A stretch of DNA of 64,000 nucleotides from a virus (lineage: Duplodnaviria; Caudoviricetes). Numbering within the stretch: the first letter of the stretch is position 1; the number at the start of each line of letters is the position of its first letter. The DNA lies in IMG/VR virus record IMGVR_UViG_3300031992_000080, positions 12,110 through 76,109 of that record. One strand, written 5' to 3'. The notes under the pieces are model-generated. The model was not told the DNA's origin, made no database searches, and saw nothing but the letters and a program-made list of their open reading frames with translations. Positions 35,549-45,449 of this stretch are shown piece after piece. The position numbers and the translations under genes are program-made.

Positions 35549-35622
35549 GAAAAAGCTTCCCCCGCCGGGTGGCGGGACGAAGACCAAAGAACAACAACAA
35601 CAACAAGAAAGGAAGTCACAAC

Positions 35623-36144
35623 ATGACTGACGAAACGAACAACAAGCCCGACTATCTCGGTCAGGGTCTCCGCGGTCCGGTGTGGACGGCAGCCTCCGTC
35701 GGCATCGGCGGTCTCGCGCTCTACGCGCTCAACACGCTCGCCCGTGGCGGGTTCGGCTTCGGCGGCGGCATGCCGCCCGCCGGCGATCCGCCCTGGGCCC
35801 GCGACATGACCTACGAGCGTGAGCTCACCAAGGCCAACGCCGAGACCGCCGCGCTCCAGGCGAAGCTGGACTGCCAGAACGCGATCATCGCGTCCGAGCG
35901 CCGCTACGAGGACAAGTTCGACGCCATCGAGCGCGAGATCTGCGCGCAGAAGGTCCACAACGCCGTCAACGACGGCGCGGTGGCCGGCATCGCCGCCCAG
36001 ACGGCGCAGCTTCAGAAGCTGACCGCTCCCTACATTGTGCAGCCCGTGATGGCCGCTTCGGAGGGTGCGCTCAACTACGTCCCGCCCGCCTTCGCGGCGG
36101 CGAAGGCGACGGGCGCGTCCACCACGACCGCCGCGGCCGCCTAA
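35623..36144 (+). CDS. Hypothetical protein (Gly-rich hydrophobic N-terminus plus coiled coil)
   Basis: CAA-rich leader plus AAAGGA RBS; biased codons. Confidence 0.65.
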   Translation: MTDETNNKPDYLGQGLRGPVWTAASVGIGGLALYALNTLARGGFGFGGGMPPAGDPPWARDMTYERELTKANAETAALQAKLDCQNAIIASERRYEDKFDAIEREICAQKVHNAVNDGAVAGIAAQTAQLQKLTAPYIVQPVMAASEGALNYVPPAFAAAKATGASTTTAAAA

Positions 36145-36149
36145 TAAAA

Positions 36150-36183
36150 CCCCTCCTCCCCGTCCGCGAGGGCGGGGAGGAGG
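36150..36183 (+). terminator. Hairpin (terminator or processing site)
   Basis: CCTCCTCCCCGTCC-GCGA-GGGCGGGGAGGAGG. Confidence 0.45.
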
Positions 36184-36208
36184 ACTTCGGACGAAAGGAT
36201 TCGAAAAC

Positions 36209-36547
36209 ATGAAATTCGCAGACTTCAACGAAATCGTCAACCGCTTCGCCAAGACGAACGTCATGCCCTCCCTGAAGACGGCGCAGTCGCGCTTCCTCAT
36301 GGGGATGGCGCTCGGGGCCGGCGTGCTCAAGGCCGAGACGATGATCCCGCAGCTCGACGCGCTCCACGTCGTGACCTACGACGAGGACGGCAAGCCCGAC
36401 GGCATCGACACCCGGCGCCTCGGTGACGCGCTCATGGGCGGCTTCGACGCCTCCCCGGAGTTCGTCTTCGACAAGTTCGGACTCAAGCTCAACTTCACGA
36501 AGGACGACGCCAAGGCGTTCCTCAAGGAGCTTGGGGTCGCAGCCTAG
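36209..36547 (+). CDS. Hypothetical protein
   Basis: AAAGGA RBS, 112 aa. Confidence 0.6.
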   Translation: MKFADFNEIVNRFAKTNVMPSLKTAQSRFLMGMALGAGVLKAETMIPQLDALHVVTYDEDGKPDGIDTRRLGDALMGGFDASPEFVFDKFGLKLNFTKDDAKAFLKELGVAA

Positions 36548-36573
36548 ACCAATCACCAGCCCAGCCGCAAGCC

Positions 36574-39500
36574 ATGCCCACGTATCCCGCAAACTCTCTC
36601 GGCCAACCGATGTTCACCCGGCATCCCTTCGGGGAGCCGAAGTGGCAGCTCGCCTCGCAAAGCGAGTTCGACGGCCTCGCGCCGTCGCAGATCGTCCGCT
36701 ATCTCAACGCGGGCGACCGTGGTTTCGAGGACGCGGAGAGCCAGAGCAGGCTTGCGGCGCGGCTGGACGCGACGCCCGACGCGGACAACCTCGTGACGAA
36801 TCCAGCGCCGGCGGGCGAGGCGAAGGGCGTGACGGTCGACGCGCACCGTTACGTCGTCGATCCGATCGTGGACGACCGCCACCAGTTCACCGGGCTCTAC
36901 ACGGGCGGCCCGATCCGCGTGACGGACGAACCGACGCGCGATGGCGGCGCGCACAAGCGCTGCACCCAAGTCCTCACGCGGACGTTCTGCGCGGGGCACG
37001 GATACTGGAAAGACGAGGCTGGGCGCTACCACGCCGCATGGCCGACGGCGTTCGACGAGGACGGCAAGCCGACGGCGTGGACGGCGCGCAACCCGGAAGC
37101 GGACGAGCAGGTCCACTACGAGGCAGGCGATCCGACGTGGCTTCCCGTGCCGGAGGACGCGGACATCCGCGAATACATGAGCGCGGACGACGCGCTCAAG
37201 TTCCACCGCCCCGCGCTCGACTCGCGGCTCACGCCGTATCTCGTGCTCCAGGACAAATTCCCCGGCTCCTTCACGCGGGAGGTCTACTGGCGCGAGTTCA
37301 CGCATGAGTCGATCGCGCAGCTGGAAGAACTCGGCAAGGACCGCGCACGGCTGGAAGCCGTCGTGAAGTGGCACTTCACGGGCAAGGTCGCGCCGCAGGT
37401 GCTGGACGCGCACGTCCGGCTCGACCCGCAGACCAACACGGTCGTGTTCGTCTGTTCGCTGCTCTACGTGCAGCTCGGCGAGCCGAAGACGCCGGAAGAG
37501 CTGCTCGACCTGCCGTTCGTGGCCGGCCCCTGCACACGCGAGACGCTGCGGATGTTCGGGTGGAACCAGTTGCGGGACGGCGAGGGCTACAAATACACGC
37601 ACGTCTTCACTTGGCCACGCCTCAAGGACACGCCGGAGGTTCGCGCGGCGCTTGAGTTCGTCAAGGACAACAAGCCGGTCGCGGCGCAGACGGACGAGTC
37701 CGGCGCCGAGATCCGTCCTGCCTACGACTCGTGGATCGTCGCGCTTCTCTCAAGGCACGGCGAGACGAATCCCGGCTATGCAGGTTACGAGACGAGCAAG
37801 CCGGAACCGGTTCTCGACAACAGCCAGGCGGACAACACGGGGCGGCTTACGGCGCCGCTCACGACGCCGAAAGGTTCGGCGCCCGATTCGGACAATCAAG
37901 GAATGACGCTCGCGACGGCTCCGGCGCAGTTCTACCGGATTGCGAAGCAGGGCATCTCTGTCGACCAAGACGGTTCGCTTTCGTTCTCGATCGTCCTTGC
38001 CCGCTCAGAATGGCACGGTGCGGACGACGGCAAGGATTGGGAAAGCAACGGGCAGCGACAGCTTTCGTCCGTTTCGTCGCCGGATGGCTGGGGAATCGCC
38101 GAAACGCGGACGATTCCGTCCGTCCCTCGCGAGAACGCGATCCCGACCATGATCGGAATCAAGGCCGCGACATTGGAGATCATCACGGCCAAGCACCAGA
38201 CGGAGGGCGCAGAAGGGCATTCGGACGTATCGTTCACGCGGGCCCAACTCTACGACTACGAGACCAAGATTCCTGCGAACACGCAGAATCCGTTCGGCAT
38301 CGACTTCGATGCGACCAGCCAGGGTTACAACCCTTACCCACGCCCGACCTACAATCTGACTTACGAGCGGGTTTCGCCGGGAGCGGTTTCCAACCTGATT
38401 TCGAAAATCAAGAGCAAGCTCGGCGGCGACCCGGCGATTTCGCTTACGTATCACCCGGAAGGCTACTACACGGTTTGGGCTCGCGGAACCGGCAAGGTGC
38501 CGCGTCATATCGAGGAATGGTTGACTTCTGTCGATTGGTTCAAGCACGAGACGGTCGAGCAATGGCTCGGCGTAACGCTCGGGACGAAGGGCGGCACAGG
38601 GCCGGACGCGAGCGAGCGCGGGTTCTACGATACAATCACGGTCAATTCGAACACCGGCGCGGAGACGAAATCCGGCTGGCATTCGCTCGCGTCAATCCGC
38701 GGCGACCTGGACGCGAACTGGATGGGCTCGGAGACGAGTTCGGAAAACAAATTGTTCGTCACGCTTGCGAACAACACGAAAAGCGAAGTGTCTTTCTCGC
38801 ACGGGCACAATCACGGACATTGGGCGTCAATGTCGGTTTCCGACGACCCGGATTCGCTTGGAGGACACGGAGACGGGACTCGGACGGACAACGCCGGAAA
38901 CACGGACGACAAAAAACGCTCCCACGCGATTACGAGCGTCCGCGTCTCGACGAACGAGGACGGGACGTTCAATCTCACGATCAACAGGACGTATCCGCAC
39001 CAACGCGTCTGGGTCTGGCGCGAGAAGCAGGCGACGCGCAAGGGCAAGTGGCGCTTCGTCTACCGGGCGTCATACCGGAACTGGCCGAGCCGGCACGCGA
39101 TCTACAACGATCTCGTGACGAACTTCGTTGCCTACGTATATACAGCTTACGGAGTGACCGTCAATCTAAACGGCGACGACTGGACATGGCATTATTCGCC
39201 GTCCGTGAATGTTTTCGGTCTTGTCGATGATGGCGGCGTGTCGCTTACGCCGGTCGAATGGAACCAACCCAACGCAAAGAATCACAATGCCGGGGATGAA
39301 GGAATCGACAATCTGTCAAATTACAAAATCCACGCTATTCCATGGTCGGCTTCCGGGAAATACAAGACGAGCCCGGACGCGGCTCTTGCCGTAGGACCGG
39401 CGTTTCACCCGTTGCTCGGATACGTGTTCAACATCGAGAAACAACCGATTTACTTCGGGCACTACGACGATTACGATTCCGCAAAACGTGTTTTCGATGC

Positions 39501-39816
39501 ACTCGGAGAAGTTTACGGAGACGACGGAAGCTCCAAAGAGCCGTCGTGGAACAACCGACAATGGACATTCAAGCTCGTCGGGAACAAATGCTATGGGCCG
39601 ACGGCGTTTGCCTACAATGGAGAACATCCGGGGCCGACGGATTTGTCCATCGACCCGAAGGACCCAGACCCCGCCGGCGAACAACTCGACGCGCGAACGT
39701 CGCTCCTGAACAAACATCTCAAAGATGCTGGCGGCGACAAAGCCGTCAAGCGAGCTGAATGGGAGCGCTGGTTCAAAGGCGGAGCCGGGGAGAATGGGAT
39801 CCAGCAAGACGAGTAG
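36574..39816 (+). CDS. Large structural (tail) protein
   Basis: 1080-aa ORF in late operon; no family recognised. Confidence 0.55.
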   Translation: MPTYPANSLGQPMFTRHPFGEPKWQLASQSEFDGLAPSQIVRYLNAGDRGFEDAESQSRLAARLDATPDADNLVTNPAPAGEAKGVTVDAHRYVVDPIVDDRHQFTGLYTGGPIRVTDEPTRDGGAHKRCTQVLTRTFCAGHGYWKDEAGRYHAAWPTAFDEDGKPTAWTARNPEADEQVHYEAGDPTWLPVPEDADIREYMSADDALKFHRPALDSRLTPYLVLQDKFPGSFTREVYWREFTHESIAQLEELGKDRARLEAVVKWHFTGKVAPQVLDAHVRLDPQTNTVVFVCSLLYVQLGEPKTPEELLDLPFVAGPCTRETLRMFGWNQLRDGEGYKYTHVFTWPRLKDTPEVRAALEFVKDNKPVAAQTDESGAEIRPAYDSWIVALLSRHGETNPGYAGYETSKPEPVLDNSQADNTGRLTAPLTTPKGSAPDSDNQGMTLATAPAQFYRIAKQGISVDQDGSLSFSIVLARSEWHGADDGKDWESNGQRQLSSVSSPDGWGIAETRTIPSVPRENAIPTMIGIKAATLEIITAKHQTEGAEGHSDVSFTRAQLYDYETKIPANTQNPFGIDFDATSQGYNPYPRPTYNLTYERVSPGAVSNLISKIKSKLGGDPAISLTYHPEGYYTVWARGTGKVPRHIEEWLTSVDWFKHETVEQWLGVTLGTKGGTGPDASERGFYDTITVNSNTGAETKSGWHSLASIRGDLDANWMGSETSSENKLFVTLANNTKSEVSFSHGHNHGHWASMSVSDDPDSLGGHGDGTRTDNAGNTDDKKRSHAITSVRVSTNEDGTFNLTINRTYPHQRVWVWREKQATRKGKWRFVYRASYRNWPSRHAIYNDLVTNFVAYVYTAYGVTVNLNGDDWTWHYSPSVNVFGLVDDGGVSLTPVEWNQPNAKNHNAGDEGIDNLSNYKIHAIPWSASGKYKTSPDAALAVGPAFHPLLGYVFNIEKQPIYFGHYDDYDSAKRVFDALGEVYGDDGSSKEPSWNNRQWTFKLVGNKCYGPTAFAYNGEHPGPTDLSIDPKDPDPAGEQLDARTSLLNKHLKDAGGDKAVKRAEWERWFKGGAGENGIQQDE

Positions 39817-39834
39817 CGGTGGAGGCCGTACGCC

Positions 39835-41403
39835 ATGAACGAAGCGGAACGCTCGGTGGAAGAATCGAACAAAATCGCGCAGGAACTCAAGGTCGAAGAA
39901 CTTGAAAGGCAGGTCGCTCGGCTGGCAAGTCTTTGTGAAAGATTGTCCGCGCAACTGGCTGAAACGCAACGTCAAGTCGAACAGGCGCAGCTTACGGCCG
40001 ACGAGGCGCTTGGCGACGCGGAAGAATCGGAGTCCGGCTCAACCACATCCTCGTCCGACGCCGCCGGGTCCTCGACAGAAGAGTTGCCGACGCCGGCCGT
40101 CCCGCCGCATGCCTTTCAGGTGACGACAACGCCGGAAGGGAAAGTATACTGTCTGCTCCCCAAGGGCGAGGACGGGACGTATTTCCCCGGCGCATTGGGA
40201 GGAAAGCACCTCGGAAACGACGCCGGGGAGACCGCGGAGGACAATGCTGGCCCGTATCCGGCCGGCGGGCAAGGGAGCGGGTCGGATGAGCCTTCCACAT
40301 GGGCTCACTACGGCTGGTATGAAGTCGGCGAGATGGACGCGGGATCCGAGGAAGTGAACGACAAAATGGTTGTCGCGACCTTTACGGTTCCCGTCGATCC
40401 GCCGGAGGACGAACGCGGGAGCGGGACGGCAACGGCGGAGACGAAGGGACCCCAGCTCGACAGCGTGAGTCTGGAGGATGCAAGCGACTGGAAGGGAACG
40501 TGCGAGCGGAGCTGGAAGGAATACGACGATCCGGAGTCCGGGTCCGTGACGCGCAAGGTCCCGATTGCGATGGTCGCCAACGGGCTTGTCACACAGCTCA
40601 CGATGACGCCATTTCTTTCGCTTGGCAGCAATGGCAGTGGCGATGACTGGCATCCGGACAGCGAGTGTGGCGTATACCTGTCCCTCGATCCGGAGAACGA
40701 GCACGCCTGCCCCAAGTATGTCGAGGAGTCATACACGGAGACCGAAACGCACGTTGTCGGAAAGGACCTCAACGGCAATCCGATCACGAGAGAAGTCGAG
40801 GTCACGAAGACGCGGCCGAAGCAGGCCGAGGACGCGCTGGGCAACAAGCTGACCAATCCGGACGGAAGCCCGATCTACGAGCAGGCGAAGGACGAAGGCG
40901 GCTATCCGCTCTACAACAGGCCAAAACATCAGGTTCACAATTTCGAAACCGGGGACGATGGCGGGGACACGACGATCGACGCCGAATACAACCGGACGAA
41001 CGAGCTCGTCGCCGTCCGCGTTCCGAAGAACGGCGGCGCCGAGCTGATGTGGCGGCACGTCAAGTTTTCGCAGGAGGCACCATGCCCGCCTGTGATCGAA
41101 GTCTCGGAGCCGGTGCGATACGGGAACGTAATCAAATTCACGATTTCCATTTACGAGGGGGCGAAGGGGAATGGGAATGGTTCTTCGAGCGGGTCTTGCG
41201 GAAAAGGAGCGCTGATCAGCGCGACGGATGTGGAGATCCCGATCATCGATCCGAACCTGGCTCTTCAGGAGAAGTGCGTCATAACGGACGTGATCGTTTC
41301 GTCGACCGGCATTACGTTCACGAGGGAGAAGGTTCTTTGCTCGGTCGGCGCCGGAGCTTGCGCCCCGATCACGCTTGAAGGGGAGGCGTGTGAGGAGACA
41401 TGA
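39835..41403 (+). CDS. Structural-module protein
   Basis: 522-aa acidic ORF with GGAGG RBS. Confidence 0.55.
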   Translation: MNEAERSVEESNKIAQELKVEELERQVARLASLCERLSAQLAETQRQVEQAQLTADEALGDAEESESGSTTSSSDAAGSSTEELPTPAVPPHAFQVTTTPEGKVYCLLPKGEDGTYFPGALGGKHLGNDAGETAEDNAGPYPAGGQGSGSDEPSTWAHYGWYEVGEMDAGSEEVNDKMVVATFTVPVDPPEDERGSGTATAETKGPQLDSVSLEDASDWKGTCERSWKEYDDPESGSVTRKVPIAMVANGLVTQLTMTPFLSLGSNGSGDDWHPDSECGVYLSLDPENEHACPKYVEESYTETETHVVGKDLNGNPITREVEVTKTRPKQAEDALGNKLTNPDGSPIYEQAKDEGGYPLYNRPKHQVHNFETGDDGGDTTIDAEYNRTNELVAVRVPKNGGAELMWRHVKFSQEAPCPPVIEVSEPVRYGNVIKFTISIYEGAKGNGNGSSSGSCGKGALISATDVEIPIIDPNLALQEKCVITDVIVSSTGITFTREKVLCSVGAGACAPITLEGEACEET

Positions 41404-42005
41404 AAATCTTCATGCGGAACGGGAAGCCGATCCTTCGCAACGGAAAGTTCGTGACGGGGGATTGCTGCTGCGGGTGCGAGAGCGACGTCCGGTGCGGGTT
41501 GCCGCATACGGCAATCGACTTGAGCGATCCGTCTGTGGTATCCGGAACCGGGCAGGGGTTGACCGCTTCCGACCGACCAACTCTTACTTTGTCATTCATG
41601 CCAAATGGCGGAGGGGAAGCCGGGACAAAAAGCACGGTGCAAATAGCAAGGTTTAGCACGGCTTGGAGGTGGACGATCGAAACGAACCCGGAGCCGACGT
41701 GGGGGCATAATTGCTATGACAAATGTTCCTCCAGAGTCCGAACAAGTTATCTGAAGTGGGCGGGAGACCCGAACGTCGAACTGTTTGAATATGGCACCCT
41801 GACTTTGAGACTGGAAACCGCAGCCGATGCAAGATTCGTGATGAATGTCACGGTGTTGCGTTCTTATCTTTCCGAAGTGACAAATAAAGCCGATGGGTTG
41901 TCGTACCGGGCCGCGCGATACAATCCTCCCAATGGCGACAGCTTTACCATGTCCGTCGAAAATTCTAATTATGCCCAGATCGGCATAGGCCAACGGTTCA
42001 ACTGA
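41400..42005 (+). CDS. Hypothetical protein with N-terminal CCCGC motif
   Basis: 201-aa ORF overlapping the upstream stop. Confidence 0.55.
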   Translation: MKIFMRNGKPILRNGKFVTGDCCCGCESDVRCGLPHTAIDLSDPSVVSGTGQGLTASDRPTLTLSFMPNGGGEAGTKSTVQIARFSTAWRWTIETNPEPTWGHNCYDKCSSRVRTSYLKWAGDPNVELFEYGTLTLRLETAADARFVMNVTVLRSYLSEVTNKADGLSYRAARYNPPNGDSFTMSVENSNYAQIGIGQRFN

Positions 42006-42009
42006 AGAC

Positions 42010-42459
42010 ATGTGCAACTGCAAGAAAGACAAGACGATGAACGCACTCTTACTCCCGCCGCCGATTGTCGGAGGGCAGAAAACAAAACCCGATTCTGTCG
42101 CAATCCGGTCCGGCGCGTGCCCGTTTTGCCTGCGCAAGCACCTGCTCAAGGCAGACGGATACGCGGAAGAGGTTGACGAGGATCCCACGCGGGACTGGGA
42201 ACGCGAGCAGCTTCTCAAGAACCTGCTGCTGGCGGAGGATCACGCGGCCGCGCTCGGCGACGCGGGCTTCAAGGCGGCGATCCGCGATGAGCGCCTGAAG
42301 GCGGAGCGGGGCGAAATGCCGACCCTCGCGCCGCTCCTCGCGCGGGCGCGGGAGATGGTTGCGAAAGCGGGCGGACATGGTAGCCCTGTGATAGAGAACA
42401 AGGCGGAGGGCGCACGCGCCGGCGCGCAGCCCGTCCCCGCCGCCCGGACGGGAGAATGA
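42010..42459 (+). CDS. Small Cys-containing protein
   Basis: MCNCKK and CPFCLRKH motifs. Confidence 0.5.
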   Translation: MCNCKKDKTMNALLLPPPIVGGQKTKPDSVAIRSGACPFCLRKHLLKADGYAEEVDEDPTRDWEREQLLKNLLLAEDHAAALGDAGFKAAIRDERLKAERGEMPTLAPLLARAREMVAKAGGHGSPVIENKAEGARAGAQPVPAARTGE

Positions 42460-43220
42460 ACGACATGGACGAAGAGCTACGGAGACAACAGCAGGCCCAG
42501 GCGGCGTTCGGAACGGCGCCTGCGCAGGACCCGCAGCAGGCGGTGGCCGACATCAAGGCCCGTGGGGCGGCGAACGCGCCGGTCCCGGGAGATGGGGCGC
42601 ATGCCGGAGAAAACATGGCCCGCATCCAGGACGAGACGGCGCGAAGCGCGAACCTTCTCGGCACCGGAATGCCGGAGGCGCAATCGTGGGGCGTCCCGGG
42701 CGCCGACGCGTCGCTGCGGCAGCAGTTCGGCGCGCAGGTCGAGTCCGCGTTCGGACCGGCGGCGCCGGCCCCGCAGGACCCGACGCGGCTCGACCCGGCG
42801 CTCGGCGAGGGGCTCGACGCCGGAACGCGCGACGCGATCCAGACCAACTTCGACGAGAACCTCAAGGCCGCCCGCGACGCGGTGGCCCGCCAGTCCTGGC
42901 GCGGCGGCCGGTTCGCCGGCGCGTCCCGCCGCGACGGATCCGGCGACGAGATTTCCGCCTACCGAGACCGCCTGCTCAAGCTGGCCGACGAAACCATGCA
43001 GCGCCAGGCCGTCGACAAGACACGGGAGCGACCAGCCGATCCGTATGCTCCTCAGCGCGAGCGCGAAGCGCTCGTCGCACGGCGTCTCGGCACATTCGAC
43101 CTGTTTTCCGACGCAAAGGCGACGAGAACGCCAATCTCGGCGCAGACCGTCCAGACCCAGGCCTACGACAAGGTGCTCATGGGCAATGACAACCGCGATC
43201 TGTTCGATTCGTTCCTGTAA
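42456..43220 (+). CDS. Putative internal virion / ejection protein
   Basis: A/Q-rich helical protein before larger ejection-like genes. Confidence 0.5.
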   Translation: MNDMDEELRRQQQAQAAFGTAPAQDPQQAVADIKARGAANAPVPGDGAHAGENMARIQDETARSANLLGTGMPEAQSWGVPGADASLRQQFGAQVESAFGPAAPAPQDPTRLDPALGEGLDAGTRDAIQTNFDENLKAARDAVARQSWRGGRFAGASRRDGSGDEISAYRDRLLKLADETMQRQAVDKTRERPADPYAPQREREALVARRLGTFDLFSDAKATRTPISAQTVQTQAYDKVLMGNDNRDLFDSFL

Positions 43221-43226
43221 GGAGTA

Positions 43227-45440
43227 TTGATGATGACTGAAGAAGAGCGCAAAAGGAACATGGACGAAGCGCGAGCGCAGCTCGCGCAAACAGATCAGCT
43301 CCTGAAAAACCGCGCCGAGGAACGTGCTCGCCGCGAGAAGGCCGATGCAGACAGAAAGCGCGGCATTATCGGGAACGTTCAACGAGACGCGGCAGACGAT
43401 CTTGTCGAGGCTGGCGCAAAACGTCAGCCTATGGCGCTCACCGGACAGGATGCGGAAGAGTATTTCAAAGAACGGGACAATCTAAAGAGTGCTTCCGCAG
43501 CGGCCGGAAAGACTGCGCTCGGAGCCGGTGAAGACAGGCTTGGCAGACTTGAGACGAGAGGACGCCAGAATGTTATCGACCTGAAGAACCGGCAGGCGCA
43601 CGACGCGATCAACGCCTACTACGGGCCTCTCATCCGGCAGGGCAAGGCGTCCCCGTTCCATGCGCTCGCGGCACACGAGGAGCAGCGGCGGCGCTACGAG
43701 GAGAAGACGCGCCTGCAGGGCGACTACGACAAGCTCAAGCAGGAGCAGGACGAGAAGCAGAAGGCCGCGCAGGCGGCCGCGGAGGACCTGCACAAGCGCA
43801 TGGGGTCGAGCACGTTCGCCGTCTTCACGGCGCTTGACCGCCTCAACGATCCGGATCTCTCCGACAGCGAGCGCGCTTCGACCCTTTCCGTCGCGGCGGC
43901 CGCCGCGCAGAAGCTCGGAGACCAGTTCGTGGAGAACAAGTTCGGCGCGGATTCCGGCTACCGATCGGAGGTCGTGAAGGTTGAGGGGGAGAACCCCGCC
44001 ACGGGGCGCACGGCCGTCGGATACGAGATCATGGTGAAAGACAGGAACGGAAACCCCGTCATGGACTACCGGACCGGGCGTCCACTCGTGATGAAGCTCG
44101 ACGCGGACCGTGCCCGCAAGGCGATGGAGCAGCACTTCGGCTACGAGTTCCAGACGGACGAGGACGGAAAGCGGTCTTTTTCCGTGAACAAGGGTGGTGG
44201 CGAGCTCCGGGACGGCCGCTTCTCGTTCGGACGCCAGGACTTCGGCTCCATGCAGGTCGGCGACCGCCTCTTCGGCGGGCAGTATTCGGCCAAGACGCGC
44301 GACGAGATGGACAAGCAGGCGCGCGAGAGGCAGCAGGCCGAGGACGCGCACGCACTCGCCGAAGAGAGGATCGAGTCCTCGAAGAGCGCTCGCAGGCTTG
44401 CCGGCAACGCGGACGCGCGCGCCGCCGCCGCCGCCGATCGGGATGAGCGCATGGCAACGCTCAAGGAAGAAGCGCAGCGGTTGCAAAACCAGTATGAGCA
44501 AGAGACGATGCCGGACCGCAAGAGGGCGGTCCAGAAGCAAATCGAGCAAATCGAAGCGCAGATCGATCATCTGACAAAGAGCGACGAGCTTGCCGGCAAC
44601 GCGGACGCGCGCGCCGCCGCGGAAAGCGCTGCGCGAGTCAAACAAATCCAGGCCGAGACGCGGCTGACGGAAGAGAAGGTCGCCCAGCTTCAAGCGGCGG
44701 CGCAAGCCGCAAAGGAATCTGGGAAGAAGTCCGACGTGGACGAGTTCGTCCTCAAGACGGCGTCCGATCTCGTGAAAGACCAGCAGTTCCGTGCGAACTA
44801 CGACACGACGCAGCAGGCCGCGGATGCGGCGCGGGAAATCGCGCGGCGGCTCGTGGAAGCGTCCGGCCCGGCGCAGTCCGGAGAGCAAGGGAAACCCGCG
44901 TCGTCAAGCAAACTCGATGCATACGCAACGGGAAGAAGAGAAGGCGAACGCGGCGCGTCCGCCGGAGCGGGGACGAGAACGACGGGTGGAGGCGACGATC
45001 TGGGCATTGTCAAGCCGAATCCTCTCAAACAAACCGGAGGCGTCATCAAGACAGACGACGGCGCTTTCTACTATGACAAGGAGGACATCGAGGACCGCTT
45101 TAACGAGGAGACGGGACAAAACGACGCCGTGCCACGAGAAGGCGCCAAGCCGTTCTTCGTTTCAAAGACCGAGCTTCCGAAGGTTCTACAAGACGTTCAC
45201 TACGTAAACAGAACCGGCATCCGAGAAATCGCATTCCGAGTTCCCGGCGCGGACAGTCCAGCCGATGGCAGCGCACAAGAGACGGTCATTGAAATCCTGG
45301 ACCGCATGGGCTACCAGCCGCCGGAGGACGGCGAGTATTTTCTGACTGAAGCCGAAAAGCGAAAACTCGACAAGTGGATTCGCGACGAGAAGCTTCCGCC
45401 AAGGCCGCGCGACAGCAAGCACAACAAGAATCGCCGATAA
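43227..45440 (+). CDS. Putative ejection / pilot protein
   Basis: 737-aa charged coiled-coil protein immediately upstream of the giant ORF. Confidence 0.55.
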   Translation: MMMTEEERKRNMDEARAQLAQTDQLLKNRAEERARREKADADRKRGIIGNVQRDAADDLVEAGAKRQPMALTGQDAEEYFKERDNLKSASAAAGKTALGAGEDRLGRLETRGRQNVIDLKNRQAHDAINAYYGPLIRQGKASPFHALAAHEEQRRRYEEKTRLQGDYDKLKQEQDEKQKAAQAAAEDLHKRMGSSTFAVFTALDRLNDPDLSDSERASTLSVAAAAAQKLGDQFVENKFGADSGYRSEVVKVEGENPATGRTAVGYEIMVKDRNGNPVMDYRTGRPLVMKLDADRARKAMEQHFGYEFQTDEDGKRSFSVNKGGGELRDGRFSFGRQDFGSMQVGDRLFGGQYSAKTRDEMDKQARERQQAEDAHALAEERIESSKSARRLAGNADARAAAAADRDERMATLKEEAQRLQNQYEQETMPDRKRAVQKQIEQIEAQIDHLTKSDELAGNADARAAAESAARVKQIQAETRLTEEKVAQLQAAAQAAKESGKKSDVDEFVLKTASDLVKDQQFRANYDTTQQAADAAREIARRLVEASGPAQSGEQGKPASSSKLDAYATGRREGERGASAGAGTRTTGGGDDLGIVKPNPLKQTGGVIKTDDGAFYYDKEDIEDRFNEETGQNDAVPREGAKPFFVSKTELPKVLQDVHYVNRTGIREIAFRVPGADSPADGSAQETVIEILDRMGYQPPEDGEYFLTEAEKRKLDKWIRDEKLPPRPRDSKHNKNRR
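44396..44620 (+). repeat. 33-bp perfect internal duplication (LAGNADARAAA)
   Basis: GCTTGCCGGCAACGCGGACGCGCGCGCCGCCGC at 44396-44428 and 44588-44620. Confidence 0.8.
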
Positions 45441-45449
45441 TCGAACGAC

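Noticed and set aside
36574-45440. Tape-measure protein
   Set aside because: No TMP-type repeats or TM pattern and no tail tube or chaperone frameshift pair recognised; ejection-protein interpretation preferred.
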